The notes below the pieces were generated by a model. It had not been told where the DNA came from, made no database searches, and saw nothing but the letters and a program-made list of their open reading frames with translations. A stretch of 64,000 nt of DNA, from contig OY970166.1 in NCBI GenBank assembly GCA_963706595.1, positions 5,120,001-5,184,000 of the forward strand, given 5' to 3'. Made by a program: the position numbers and the translations under genes. Positions 51,987-62,085 of the stretch are shown here, one piece after another. How positions within the stretch are numbered: position 1 is the stretch's first letter; every line of letters begins with the position of its first letter. The DNA is from an uncultured cyanobacterium (GTDB lineage Bacteria > Cyanobacteriota > Cyanobacteriia > Cyanobacteriales > Nostocaceae).

Positions 51987-52131
51987 TAAATTCAATTTAA
52001 CTGGCAATTTTGACGACTTGCTGCTAGTGTAAAGTCCTTGATAAATTTGATAATTCCACATTTGGTGTTCATACCAAGTAGTATAAATTTTCTGTTAAAC
52101 ATTTATTTTGTAGCACTGCTCCGAATCAGGT

Positions 52132-53502
52132 ATGTCAATTGGTTTTCTCAGACAAGCTCTCAAAGCCCTGCAAAAGCAGTCGCGCCACCGCACCTCCCAT
52201 CGTGTTAACCAGTGGTTCAAGTGGTTATCTCCTGGGCTAGCCATCAAACGCTGGTTGCTAATCAGTCTTGGAGGTGTACTGCTGGCAATTTTGGGGTTGG
52301 CGATATCGGTGAGGCTAACCCCAATTTTTTGGGCGCTGGAGTTGGTGAGGAGTTTTCTGGGAGTAATTGCTGAGATTTTACCCCACTATATCAGCGGCCC
52401 TTTGGTATTACTGGGAGGTGTACTTTTGCTGTTTTGGGGGCAAACTCGTACCGTCAGTTCAATTACTCAGGTAATCAGACCAAACGGCGAAGAGGATCTG
52501 ATTGACGTGCTGATGGCACATCGTCGATTGTACCGGGGTCCGAAAATAGTCGTAATTGGTGGGGGAACTGGACTTTCTACTTTATTACGGGGATTAAAAA
52601 CCTACAGCGCTAATACTACTGCTATTGTCACTGTGGCTGATGATGGTGGTTCTTCAGGGCGGCTGCGTCAGGAATTTGGCGTTTTACCACCAGGGGATAT
52701 TCGTAATTGTTTGGCAGCCCTGGCAGATGAAGAAAAGTTATTAACAGAATTATTTCAATATCGTTTTAAAGCTGGGGACGGTTTGACAGGCCATAGTTTT
52801 GGCAATTTGTTCTTAACTGCCATGAGCGATATTACTGGGGATTTAGAACAGGCGGTTGCAGCCAGTTCCAAGGTGCTAGCAGTCCGGGGACAAGTTCTGC
52901 CAGCAACTCTGAGCGATGTTCGCCTCTGGGCAGAATTAGACGATGGCCGTCGCATTGAGGGTGAGTCTAGTATTCCCAAAGCTGGGGGGAAAATTGTCAA
53001 AATTGGCTGTATCCCTGCTAACCCTCCGGCTTTGCCTACAGCTATTAAAGCTATTAAAGAAGCTGATTATATTATTGTGGGACCAGGTAGTTTATATACC
53101 AGTCTGATTCCTAATTTACTTGTACCAGAAATTGCTGATGCGATCGCCAAATCTACAGCCCCTCGCATCTACATCTGCAATATCATGACTCAAGCCGGAG
53201 AAACTCAGGGATATACTGTTGCTGACCACATTAAAGCTATTGATGCTGCCTGTGGAGACAGACAGCTGTTTGATGCAGTCTTGGTACACAAAAAATCTCC
53301 CTCGGAAAAATCACTCCTGCGCTATGCTCAACAAAATTCCCATCCAGTTTTCTTAGATAGGGAAGATGTCACTCTATTAGGGCGGCGAATTGTTTTAGCT
53401 AATATCTTGTATGAAGATGAAACAGGTTGCGTGCGTCACAACCCCCAGAAACTAGCACGAGTTTTATTGCGATGGTACAGTGGAACCCATCAAGGGAAGT
53501 GA
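52132..53502 (+). CDS. yvcK: YvcK/GlmR (CofD-like) family protein with N-terminal transmembrane segments
   Basis: [31 protein letters not shown] and GPGSLYTS. Confidence 0.9.
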   Translation: MSIGFLRQALKALQKQSRHRTSHRVNQWFKWLSPGLAIKRWLLISLGGVLLAILGLAISVRLTPIFWALELVRSFLGVIAEILPHYISGPLVLLGGVLLLFWGQTRTVSSITQVIRPNGEEDLIDVLMAHRRLYRGPKIVVIGGGTGLSTLLRGLKTYSANTTAIVTVADDGGSSGRLRQEFGVLPPGDIRNCLAALADEEKLLTELFQYRFKAGDGLTGHSFGNLFLTAMSDITGDLEQAVAASSKVLAVRGQVLPATLSDVRLWAELDDGRRIEGESSIPKAGGKIVKIGCIPANPPALPTAIKAIKEADYIIVGPGSLYTSLIPNLLVPEIADAIAKSTAPRIYICNIMTQAGETQGYTVADHIKAIDAACGDRQLFDAVLVHKKSPSEKSLLRYAQQNSHPVFLDREDVTLLGRRIVLANILYEDETGCVRHNPQKLARVLLRWYSGTHQGK

Positions 53503-53630
53503 ATTCAAATTGGAGCCGGAAAAAATATTTTCTATTGACCAATATTTCCTGAATGGTACAAACCCCCAGATTTATCTGTGAGGTAAATCCAAAATCTAAA
53601 ATCTAAAATCCCAAATTATATGACTCGGCT

Positions 53631-54077
53631 ATGAATATTTTGCTTGCAGATGCAGAAGCAACGTTACGCTTGGGCATCACACTTGGCCAAAATCTGAATG
53701 CTGGCAGTGTGATTTTATTAGAAGGTGATTTGGGTACTGGAAAAACTACACTAGTACAGGGAATTGGTCAAGGTTTAGGCATCAATGAACCAATTGTTAG
53801 CCCTACTTTCACTCTCATCAATGAGTACACTCAAGGACGTTTACCCCTCTACCATTTAGATTTATATCGCCTAGAACCCTCTGAGGTCGAAGCCTTGAAC
53901 CTAGAAACTTATTGGGAAGGTTTTGAGGTAATGCCGGGAATTGTAGCCATTGAATGGGCAGAACGAATGCCCTACAAGCCAGATAGTTATCTAACTTTGG
54001 CGTTGGCTTATGGAGATGACGGCACTCGTCAAGCCAAAATTGCCCTATTTAATTGCGCGATTCCCAAATTGATTTAG
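53631..54077 (+). CDS. tsaE: tRNA threonylcarbamoyladenosine biosynthesis ATPase
   Basis: GDLGTGKT, SPTF, HLDLYRL and IEW. Confidence 0.95.
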   Translation: MNILLADAEATLRLGITLGQNLNAGSVILLEGDLGTGKTTLVQGIGQGLGINEPIVSPTFTLINEYTQGRLPLYHLDLYRLEPSEVEALNLETYWEGFEVMPGIVAIEWAERMPYKPDSYLTLALAYGDDGTRQAKIALFNCAIPKLI

Positions 54078-54299
54078 CCAGTTGCAGGATGTGAGCGCCC
54101 CAGGAGGGGAAGTCAAAAGTCAAAAGACTCCTCACAGATGTTTTCATTTTCAATCCAAAATACTCGCGGCGCTGCGGACGCGGCGCTAACGGCAATCTCA
54201 AATCTAAAATTCTTTGCCCCGCAGCTATACCTGCTCGCAAATCTCACATCCCGAATTGTCTGATCTCAGTACAACGCTACAAATATTTGTCCGATAGTC

Positions 54300-54385
54300 G
54301 TAAAGCCCTGCGGGCATAGCTGCGCTTACCGCGTAGCGTCTCGAAGAGAAGAGAAGAGAAGAGAAGAGAAGAGAAGAGAAGAGAA
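54300..54385. repeat. SDR-like repeats followed by (GAAGA)8 microsatellite
   Basis: AGCCCTGCGGGCATAGCTGCGCTTA and CGCGTAGCGTCTCGAAGAGAA, then a pentamer expansion. Confidence 0.8.
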
Positions 54386-54417
54386 AAAAAGAAGAGAGGG
54401 AGAATTCCACACTCGTT

Positions 54418-54471
54418 CTATCTACCACTACCACGCTCATCAAGGAAATTCACTAACATTTTTGTCTTCAT
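54418..54471 (-). CDS. patS: Heterocyst-pattern inhibitor peptide PatS (17 aa, MKTKMLVNFLDERGSGR)
   Basis: Translated by hand; C-terminal ERGSGR and two Met starts as in Anabaena PatS; lies downstream of a dihydroorotase gene. Confidence 0.95.
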   Translation of the reverse strand: MKTKMLVNFLDERGSGR

Positions 54472-55074
54472 TATCCAAAAATTAAGGAAATACTGTTTAA
54501 CTTAAGAACTGGTTATGATTGACATCTACTAGCTTTTTGCTGCGGTTAGCTAGGATTGGCGTATTCTCGCAGATGATATTGCAGTAGATGAATAAAAACT
54601 AGACTCAAACCGTCACAGAAAATTGCTCTTGCAGGTAATATCTAGCACGCTACTAGATAATTTTTAATACTTTCCCTTAAGGGCAGTCATATTCAGATGA
54701 GAATTAACATAACTCTGTCCTCTAGCGGATCATCTTTGTGAATAGAGATGTGAGATGAATTTGAATTACTCAGTAGATGCTGGTATTTTTTTTCATCTGC
54801 TAACACTACGGTTATTCCTATTGCTTCATTGGTTTAATTATCTCGATAAATAGTAATTAAGTTTGTTTGATCGGATGCTGATTTGTCTTGATTTGCTCGG
54901 TTTTCCTGGCTAATGTTAGGCTGGTTAGCAAAGTTACTGCCGACAATCTAAAACAATGAGAACTGTAATAATTAGGTTTTAAGACCGTACAAATTAAGTG
55001 CATATAAAATTTTTATATGTATAAAACATAATGTCCACAGAAATTTGGCCGTTTACTTAACCCTACTAATTCTC

Positions 55075-55101
55075 TACAGTTATTTAGAGAAAAAATCCGG
55101 A
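55075..55101 (-). promoter_or_regulatory. DIF1-type heterocyst-specific promoter of patS
   Basis: TCCGGA (55096-55101)-N18-GTA on the minus strand, about 600 nt upstream of the patS ATG. Confidence 0.75.
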
Positions 55102-55459
55102 TAGTTAAATACAAAAAGGTTGTTGTGAAAAGTTAATGTTAAACATTTGTCGCTCAATTCGATTGACTGATGTTCGTGGTTAGTATTTCTAGGTCAGATT
55201 CGGGGTCTATAAACAAAAATTTACTGATTGTAAATTAATGAGATTAATTTATTTAAATAATTTTTATTAGAAGTTCTACTTATGTCTGGATGTATTGATG
55301 TAGTTATTAAAATGGTAAAAATTATTTTTCCCAGCAAACTAGCTGAGAATTTTAGTTTAGTATTTATACGATTTTTATAGTATAAATACAATCTGATTTA
55401 TGCAAAAAATTGCTACATTGTATTTCTATGAAACCATCGCACCAAAGGAATCATATTTG

Positions 55460-56700
55460 CTACAAAAAAGTTAAAGCTTGTCCGCGTACTTCTGGATTTA
55501 CCTTGCCTTGGTCATAAACAATTTCACCGCCGACAATGGTTGTTACAGCCCATCCTGTAAGGTTCCAGCCTTCAAAAGGACTCCAACCACATTTAGTTAA
55601 GAGTTCCTCACGCTTGACTGGACGATATGTGTTTAAATCTACAAGGACTAAATCGGCATCGTAACCAGGAGCGATCGCACCTTTATTGGGTATACCATAA
55701 GCCACAGCCACAGCCTGAGACATCCAGTTAACGACTTGAGATACAGTACACTTTCCTTCCTTAGCCGCCGTTAACATCACCGCTAGGGAAGTCTCTACTC
55801 CAGGCATTCCAGAAGGCGTATTGGGATATTCTTGCGCTTTTTCTGCCAAAGTGTGAGGTGCGTGATCTGTAGCAATAAAATCAATGACACCATCGCGCAA
55901 AGCTTGCCAAAGCACTTCGTTATCGTGGGGCGATCGCAACGGTGGATTCATCTGTGCCAGAGTGCCAATTGTTTCATAGGCACTGGTATTCAATAATAAA
56001 TGCTGTGGTGTCACCTCTGCCGTTACCCAACTGGGTTTTTCCTGACGCAGCAAGTCGGCTTCTTCCGCCGTAGACAAATGTAGGATATGTAAACGACGTT
56101 GATATTTGTGAGAAAGTTTTAAGGCTCGTTGGGTTGCCAAAAGTGCCGCTTTACTATCTTGAATCTGAGAATGAACCGCCGGATCATGAATACCCGCAAA
56201 TTCTTGGCGACGTTGATTAATTCTGGTTTGGTCTTCCGCATAAACAGCAATTAACCGCCGACCTTAAGCAAAGATCGCCTCTAGTGCCTCATCTTGATCC
56301 ATCAGTAGCTGACCATGCATCGACCCCATAAAAACCTTAATACCGCAAAAGCCGCCCTAGAAGGGCGGGGTTTAAACCCCAGGTTTTCGGTAAACAAATC
56401 TTCTTTGTGTTCTAGTCCTGGTTCGCGGAAATGGACCTGCGGATCTATGACTCCTGGCAACAAAGTTAACCCTTGTGCGTCAATCTCTGTAGTGGGTGTT
56501 GCCGGGGAAATTTCTGGTGCAACTTCAACGATTTGGCGATGGGCAAAGCCCCGCCTGCGGCGATCGCGTTCGCGGAGCGTGTGCTTTGCACTCAGCGCTG
56601 CTGCAAGCAGATCGCGCGTCAGCACATCCCCCACCATTAACTCACCATCAGGGAGAATAATACTAGCGCGGCGAATCAGTAAACTTTGTGGAAATGACAT
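55460..56700 (-). pseudogene. pyrC: Dihydroorotase-family pseudogene
   Basis: [31 protein letters not shown] and ATDHAPH motifs; disrupted by an IS end with adjacent deletion, a TAA at 56264-56266 and HAED changed to YAED. Confidence 0.85.
56347..56389 (-). mobile_element. Isolated left end of an IS200/IS605-family element
   Basis: TTAC|CGAAAACCTGGGGTTTAAACCCCGCCCTTCTAGGGCGGCTTTT; same family as the left end at 19881. Confidence 0.8.
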
Positions 56701-56930
56701 GAGCTTAACCGGATTTAGACATATGCTTATACTTTTAGGTTAAACTCGGTGACGCTTCCCTTCATAGATTTTTGCATAACGTTAAGAAAAAATTTATTTT
56801 CAACTGATCAATCCCTCTCTGAAAGATGCTAACTTCAGCCAGGAAATCAGAATTTACTCGTTAAGATGAAAGAATATAGTCTCCCTGAACGAGTTAAGTA
56901 GCTGCACTTCTCCCTTATTCCAGTAGTTTC

Positions 56931-57572
56931 ATGCGAAATCAAGTGTCTGATAACAACTCTAGTCAACAACCCGATAATTCCTGGCTCGCTGAATTAGCCA
57001 GAACAGTTGTATTAAGTATTGTGCTAGCTCTAGGCATTCGTACTTTTGTTGCTGAAGCTCGCTGGATTCCTTCTGGCTCGATGGAACCCACACTCAACGG
57101 CACTCCAAACCAGTGGGAGGCAGACAAAATAATTGTCGATAAATTGAAGTATAGATTTTCTGAACCGCAGAGGGGAGATATTGTCGTCTTTTCACCTACA
57201 AAAACACTACAAGACGAACAATACAACGACGCATTTATTAAACGTATAGTCGCCTTACCAGGAGAAAAAGTAGAACTCAAGGATGGACAAGTCTATATCA
57301 ACGATAAACCCCTTGAGGAAGTCAACTATCTCAAATCACAGCAGCGCACAGCAATTGATGTTTGCACATCAGGAGCGCAACCAGCTTATTTGGCAAAACC
57401 CGAAACTATACCCCCCAACTCATATTTAGTTTTAGGTGATAATCGCAACAGTAGCTACGACAGTCGCTGCTGGGGTGTTGTCCCGCGCGGAAATATTATC
57501 GGTCGTGCCGTACTCCGCTTTTGGCCTCTAAATAATATTGGCGGACTGGACAAGCCACCATTATACCCATAA
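56931..57572 (+). CDS. lepB: Signal peptidase I
   Basis: IPSGSMEPTL, RGDIVVF, FIKR and GDNRNSSYDSR. Confidence 0.95.
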   Translation: MRNQVSDNNSSQQPDNSWLAELARTVVLSIVLALGIRTFVAEARWIPSGSMEPTLNGTPNQWEADKIIVDKLKYRFSEPQRGDIVVFSPTKTLQDEQYNDAFIKRIVALPGEKVELKDGQVYINDKPLEEVNYLKSQQRTAIDVCTSGAQPAYLAKPETIPPNSYLVLGDNRNSSYDSRCWGVVPRGNIIGRAVLRFWPLNNIGGLDKPPLYP

Positions 57573-57576
57573 ATTA

Positions 57577-58359
57577 ATGCCATACTTAGCCAGAACTCTA
57601 CTCTACCCGATTAAATCACTGGATGGCGTTGAAGTTGAGCAAGCAAAGGTTCTGGCCAGTGGGGCGCTAGAGTCTGACCGTGAGTTTGCCATTTTTGACG
57701 CACAGGGTAGGTTTGTGAATGGCAAGCGCGTGAGCAAAATCCATTTAATTAGATCACAGTGTGACATTCCTAATAGAACTATCTCGCTGCAAACCCCGAA
57801 GCAGGACTCACCAAGAGTTTTTCATCTGGATGCAGAACAGCAAGAAATAGCGGCAAGCCTCAGTGATTTTTTGGGGTTTGCCGTGACATTAGGGCAAAAT
57901 CCTTTCCTGGGCTTTCCCGACGATACCAACTCACCAGGTCCAACAGTAATTAGTACAGCAACTTTAACAGAGGTAGCTTCCTGGTTCCCTGGTTTGAATG
58001 TTGATAATATGCGTCGCCGCATCCGTGCCAATATTGAAGTTGATGGTGTACCAGCATTTTGGGAAGATCAGTTATTTAATCAAACAGGCAATCTAGTCTC
58101 CTTGCGAGTGGGAGATGTGAGTTTATTGGGGATCAACCCATGTCAGCGTTGTATAGTTCCAACACGCAATCCTGACTCTGGAGAAGCTTACCCAAACTTT
58201 CAAAAAATATTTGTGCAGCAGCGACAAGCAAGTTTACCAGATTGGGCGGACTCATCGTACTTTAATCATTTTTATCGCTTGAGTGTCAATACACGATTAA
58301 CACCATCAGAGACTGGAAAAATTTTGCAAATTGGTAACAAAATTGACATATTTACTTGA
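57577..58359 (+). CDS. MOSC domain protein
   Basis: YPIKSLDG, DREFAI, R.RANI...FWED and PCQRC motifs. Confidence 0.85.
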   Translation: MPYLARTLLYPIKSLDGVEVEQAKVLASGALESDREFAIFDAQGRFVNGKRVSKIHLIRSQCDIPNRTISLQTPKQDSPRVFHLDAEQQEIAASLSDFLGFAVTLGQNPFLGFPDDTNSPGPTVISTATLTEVASWFPGLNVDNMRRRIRANIEVDGVPAFWEDQLFNQTGNLVSLRVGDVSLLGINPCQRCIVPTRNPDSGEAYPNFQKIFVQQRQASLPDWADSSYFNHFYRLSVNTRLTPSETGKILQIGNKIDIFT

Positions 58360-58963
58360 TAAATCTAGTATGATCTATGTCTAAATTGTGAGTTATTTAG
58401 CAAATTTGACTGCAAGTATATAAGCGCAGAATGCAGTTGGAAAAGAGGCAAGGGAGCAGGGAGCAGGGGGGAAAGTCCAGATGGGGATTCGACCCCACCA
58501 GGACGACGAGAACCATTTTGTAGAAATGGGGGACTCAGACCCATGTTCTGCTCCGCTTCACGGCAGGAGGAAGGGGTCATTTCCCCCTACCTCTTCGTTA
58601 AAAAAATATGTCTATACGATTGTTCTACAATCTAGGTTTATACTAGTAGCAGTTAGTTGCTGCTCATTTACCAAGGATTAATCCAGTAATTTCACTGAAA
58701 AACACAGTAATATGAAAAAAGCTAATTTGGCTCAATTTTAGCGTTGGGGAAAAATTAAACCACAATGTTATCCAAAGTTCAGCCACTCAAATTTTTAACG
58801 ACTTAATAATCATCGTTTTGATTCAGCGCTGGATCATCACACCAATTGTGCAGTTAAAGATAGAAACGCCGTCAGATAAAAGTCAACTTTTCCGATTTTT
58901 CCGATTTTTAGCCAGCGAATATCAGTGTGAGAAAATTATGGAATTGACTGGAAATAAGGCATA

Positions 58964-60800
58964 ATGCATTACAAGCGCTTAGACCCCGATAAAAAAGATA
59001 TCTTGCTCATTGACGATACTCCTAACAACCTGCGAGTTTTGTCATCTATTCTCACAAAACAAGGATATAACGTTCGCAAAGCCTTGAACTGGCAAATGGC
59101 GTTGATTGCTTGTCAAACAGTGTTACCGGATCTGATCTTACTCGACATTATGATGCCGGATGTCGATGGTTATGAAGTCTGCCATCACTTGAAATCGTGG
59201 CATATTACAGCAGAAATTCCGGTAATTTTTATTAGTGCTTTAGATGATCCTTTCGACAAGATAAAAGCTTTTAAAGTTGGGGGAGTAGACTATATTTCTA
59301 AACCATTTGACTTTCAAGAAGTTTTAGTCCGTGTGCAGAATCAATTGGCATTAAGGGCAGCACAAATAGAAATATTAAAGTTAAATGACGAACTAGAAGC
59401 AAGAGTAAAACAGCGCACTTGGGAACTAGAAAAAACTCTACAAATACTAAAAGAAGAAATTGACTCTCGTCAACAGATGCAAGGTAAATTACTGGACATG
59501 GTATTACATGATTCACTCACTGGTTTACCAAATAGATTTTTCTTTAGTAAACGATTAGAAAAAGTTTTACATCTGTCCAAGCAAGAATCAACTTATCAGT
59601 TTGCTATATTGTTTTTGGATTGCGATCGCTTTAAAATTGTCAATGATTCTCTAGGACATTTAGTAGGAGATGAATTACTCGTTGCTATTTCTCAGCGCCT
59701 GCAAATATGTCTAAAAAAATCTGATACCCTAGCACGGTTAGGCGGCGATGAATTTGGGATTATCTTAGAAAACTTACCAGATGTTAATGCCGCCATCAAA
59801 GTATCTGAGCGGATTTTAGAAAAATTATCACTTAGCTTCAAACTTTCAAGATATGAAGTTTTTATCAATGCTAGTATTGGGATTAATTGGGGCAGTAAAG
59901 ACTACGAACAGCCAGAATATTTGCTCCGGGATGCTGACACGGCAATGTATCATGCCAAAGCTCTAGGAAGAGCTAGATATCATCTTTTTGACCCAGTTAT
60001 GTATCAAGAAGCAATTCAGCTTTTAGATTTAGAAAATGACCTGCGTCGAGTCTGTTGAACGACAAGAGTTTGTTGTCTACTATCAGCCAATTATTTCTTT
60101 AATCACAGGTAGAGTTTCTGGATTTGAAGCACTTGTACGCTGGAAGCATCCAATTCGTGGTTTAATTTTTCCCACAGATTTTATTCCCATAGCCGAAGAA
60201 ACAGGTTTAATTAATACTATCGATAAATGGGTCTTGCGGTCAGCTTGTCATCAACTAAGTATCTGGCAAGATTACCCAGCAACACCAAAAAACTTAACTA
60301 TTAGCGCTAATTTGAGTGCGCGGTTGTTTTCACAACCTAATTTAATATTTGAAATTGATCAAATTATTCAGGAAACAAAAATAAATCCAGCTAACTTACA
60401 ACTAGAAATAACCGAAAGTGTTATCATGGAAAATACTCATACGGTAAAAACAGTTATTCAGCAGCTAAAAGACAGAAATATTAAATTAGTAATGGATGAT
60501 TTTGGTACAGGTTATTCTTCTTTAAGTTATCTACATAATTTTCCTTTAAACACATTAAAAATTGATAAAAGTTTTGTGAAAATTATGGAAAAAAATCCCG
60601 AAAATTTAGGACTATTACCAGCTATAATCAGTATTGCTGAGTCAATGGGAATGACTGTGGTAGCCGAAGGAGTCGAAACTAGAGAACAATTAGAAAAACT
60701 GCGAAGTTTAAATTGTGATTTCGCTCAAGGATATCTATTCTCTAGAGCTATAGAACCAAAATTAGTCCTCAATTTTCTTGAGACAGCACCTCAATGGTAA
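58964..60800 (+). CDS. REC-GGDEF-EAL c-di-GMP signalling protein; +1 frameshift near 60051
   Basis: REC LLDIMMP, GGDEF, EALVRW and DDFGTGYSSL; removing one base restores LRRAVERQEF. Confidence 0.9.
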
Positions 60801-60866
60801 TCACAAAATTATTAATTGAATAATGCCATCGATGCTTGAGTCCATTATTAAAAGTATAATAGAAAT

Positions 60867-62021
60867 GTGACTGATTTGTTCGCCCCTTTACAATCCTTGA
60901 AAGAAGGACACTGGTTTAAGCTGATCTGCGGAGCTAGCTTCCAACACCTGCCAGCCGTTAGGAGTTTAACATTAGCCTATACATTGGCAGGCGCTGATTG
61001 TATAGATGTGGCAGCTGATCCAGCCGTAATCGCAGCAGCGCAAGAAGCGTTACAAGTAGCTAGGCATTTACTTGAGGATGCGAAGGCGCGAGGTTATGGC
61101 TATCAAGGCAATTTACCTTTGTTGATGGTCAGCCTGAACGATGGCGAAGACCCCCATTTTCGCAAAGCCGAGTTTAACTCTAGTGAATGCCCTACAGATT
61201 GCCCTAGACCCTGTGAAACCATTTGCCCAGCCCAAGCCATTGTTTTTAACCAGAGGGATGACACTTCGACTTACCTCGGCTCCGCTCGGCACGAGTCGCT
61301 CAGTGTGAACTTTTCGGGTGTTGAAGCCCAAAAGTGCTACGGCTGTGGACGTTGCATACCAGTTTGCCCTTATGGTAAAATTTATACAAAATCATATATG
61401 TCCAGCTCTGGTGCGATCGCGCCATTAGTAATGTCAAAGGTCGTAGATGCCGTAGAAATTCACACAAAAGTTGGACACTTGGCAAAGTTTCGCCAATTAT
61501 GGCAAACAATTTCACCTTGGGCTGACCAACTAAAGGTATTAGCCATTAGCTGTCCCGATGGCGAAGGCATGATTGACTACCTACGTGCAATTAGTGAAGT
61601 AATTACCCCATTGCGTGGCTCCTTGATTTGGCAGACAGACGGCCGACCGATGAGTGGTGATATTGGAGATGGCACTACTTTAGCAACGGTAAAACTAGGG
61701 CAAAAAGTTTTGACAGCTAAGTTACCGGGATATGTGCAGTTAGCAGGTGGCACTAATAGCTACACCATTGTTAAGTTAAAGGCAATGGGATTGTTGAAAA
61801 ATGCAGAGTACCATCCTCAACCCCATGTTTCTGGAATTGCTTACGGTAGTTACGCCCGTGTGCTGCTGTCACCAATTCTCGATCAGTTAGAGAATCAGGA
61901 GGTGAGTCAAACCAGTGTCAAGGCGAAAGTTCGCCTCGAAGCAGAACCCGAATTACTTTGGCCAGCAGTCAAGCTTGCCCATTCCCTGGTTTCCCAGATC
62001 AAGTCACAGCAGGAGCGCTAA
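60867..62021 (+). CDS. ldpA: Circadian input Fe-S protein LdpA
   Basis: WFKLICGAS, DPHFRKA, two 4Fe-4S motifs and WQTDGRPMSGDIG. Confidence 0.92.
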   Translation: MTDLFAPLQSLKEGHWFKLICGASFQHLPAVRSLTLAYTLAGADCIDVAADPAVIAAAQEALQVARHLLEDAKARGYGYQGNLPLLMVSLNDGEDPHFRKAEFNSSECPTDCPRPCETICPAQAIVFNQRDDTSTYLGSARHESLSVNFSGVEAQKCYGCGRCIPVCPYGKIYTKSYMSSSGAIAPLVMSKVVDAVEIHTKVGHLAKFRQLWQTISPWADQLKVLAISCPDGEGMIDYLRAISEVITPLRGSLIWQTDGRPMSGDIGDGTTLATVKLGQKVLTAKLPGYVQLAGGTNSYTIVKLKAMGLLKNAEYHPQPHVSGIAYGSYARVLLSPILDQLENQEVSQTSVKAKVRLEAEPELLWPAVKLAHSLVSQIKSQQER

Positions 62022-62085
62022 TCGCTCGTTCACTTCGGCTGCGCTCAGTGTAAACGTTATCTCTAAAAACGTCACCATAGAAAGC

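Noticed and set aside
54049..54443. Short ORFs across SDR and GAAGA repeats
   Set aside because: Translations are repeat-derived (SSLLF units); the real small gene here is patS.
58440..58590. GGGATTCGACCCC resembling a tRNA T-arm
   Set aside because: No acceptor, D or anticodon arms can be formed; it lies inside a GGGAGCA-flanked dispersed repeat.
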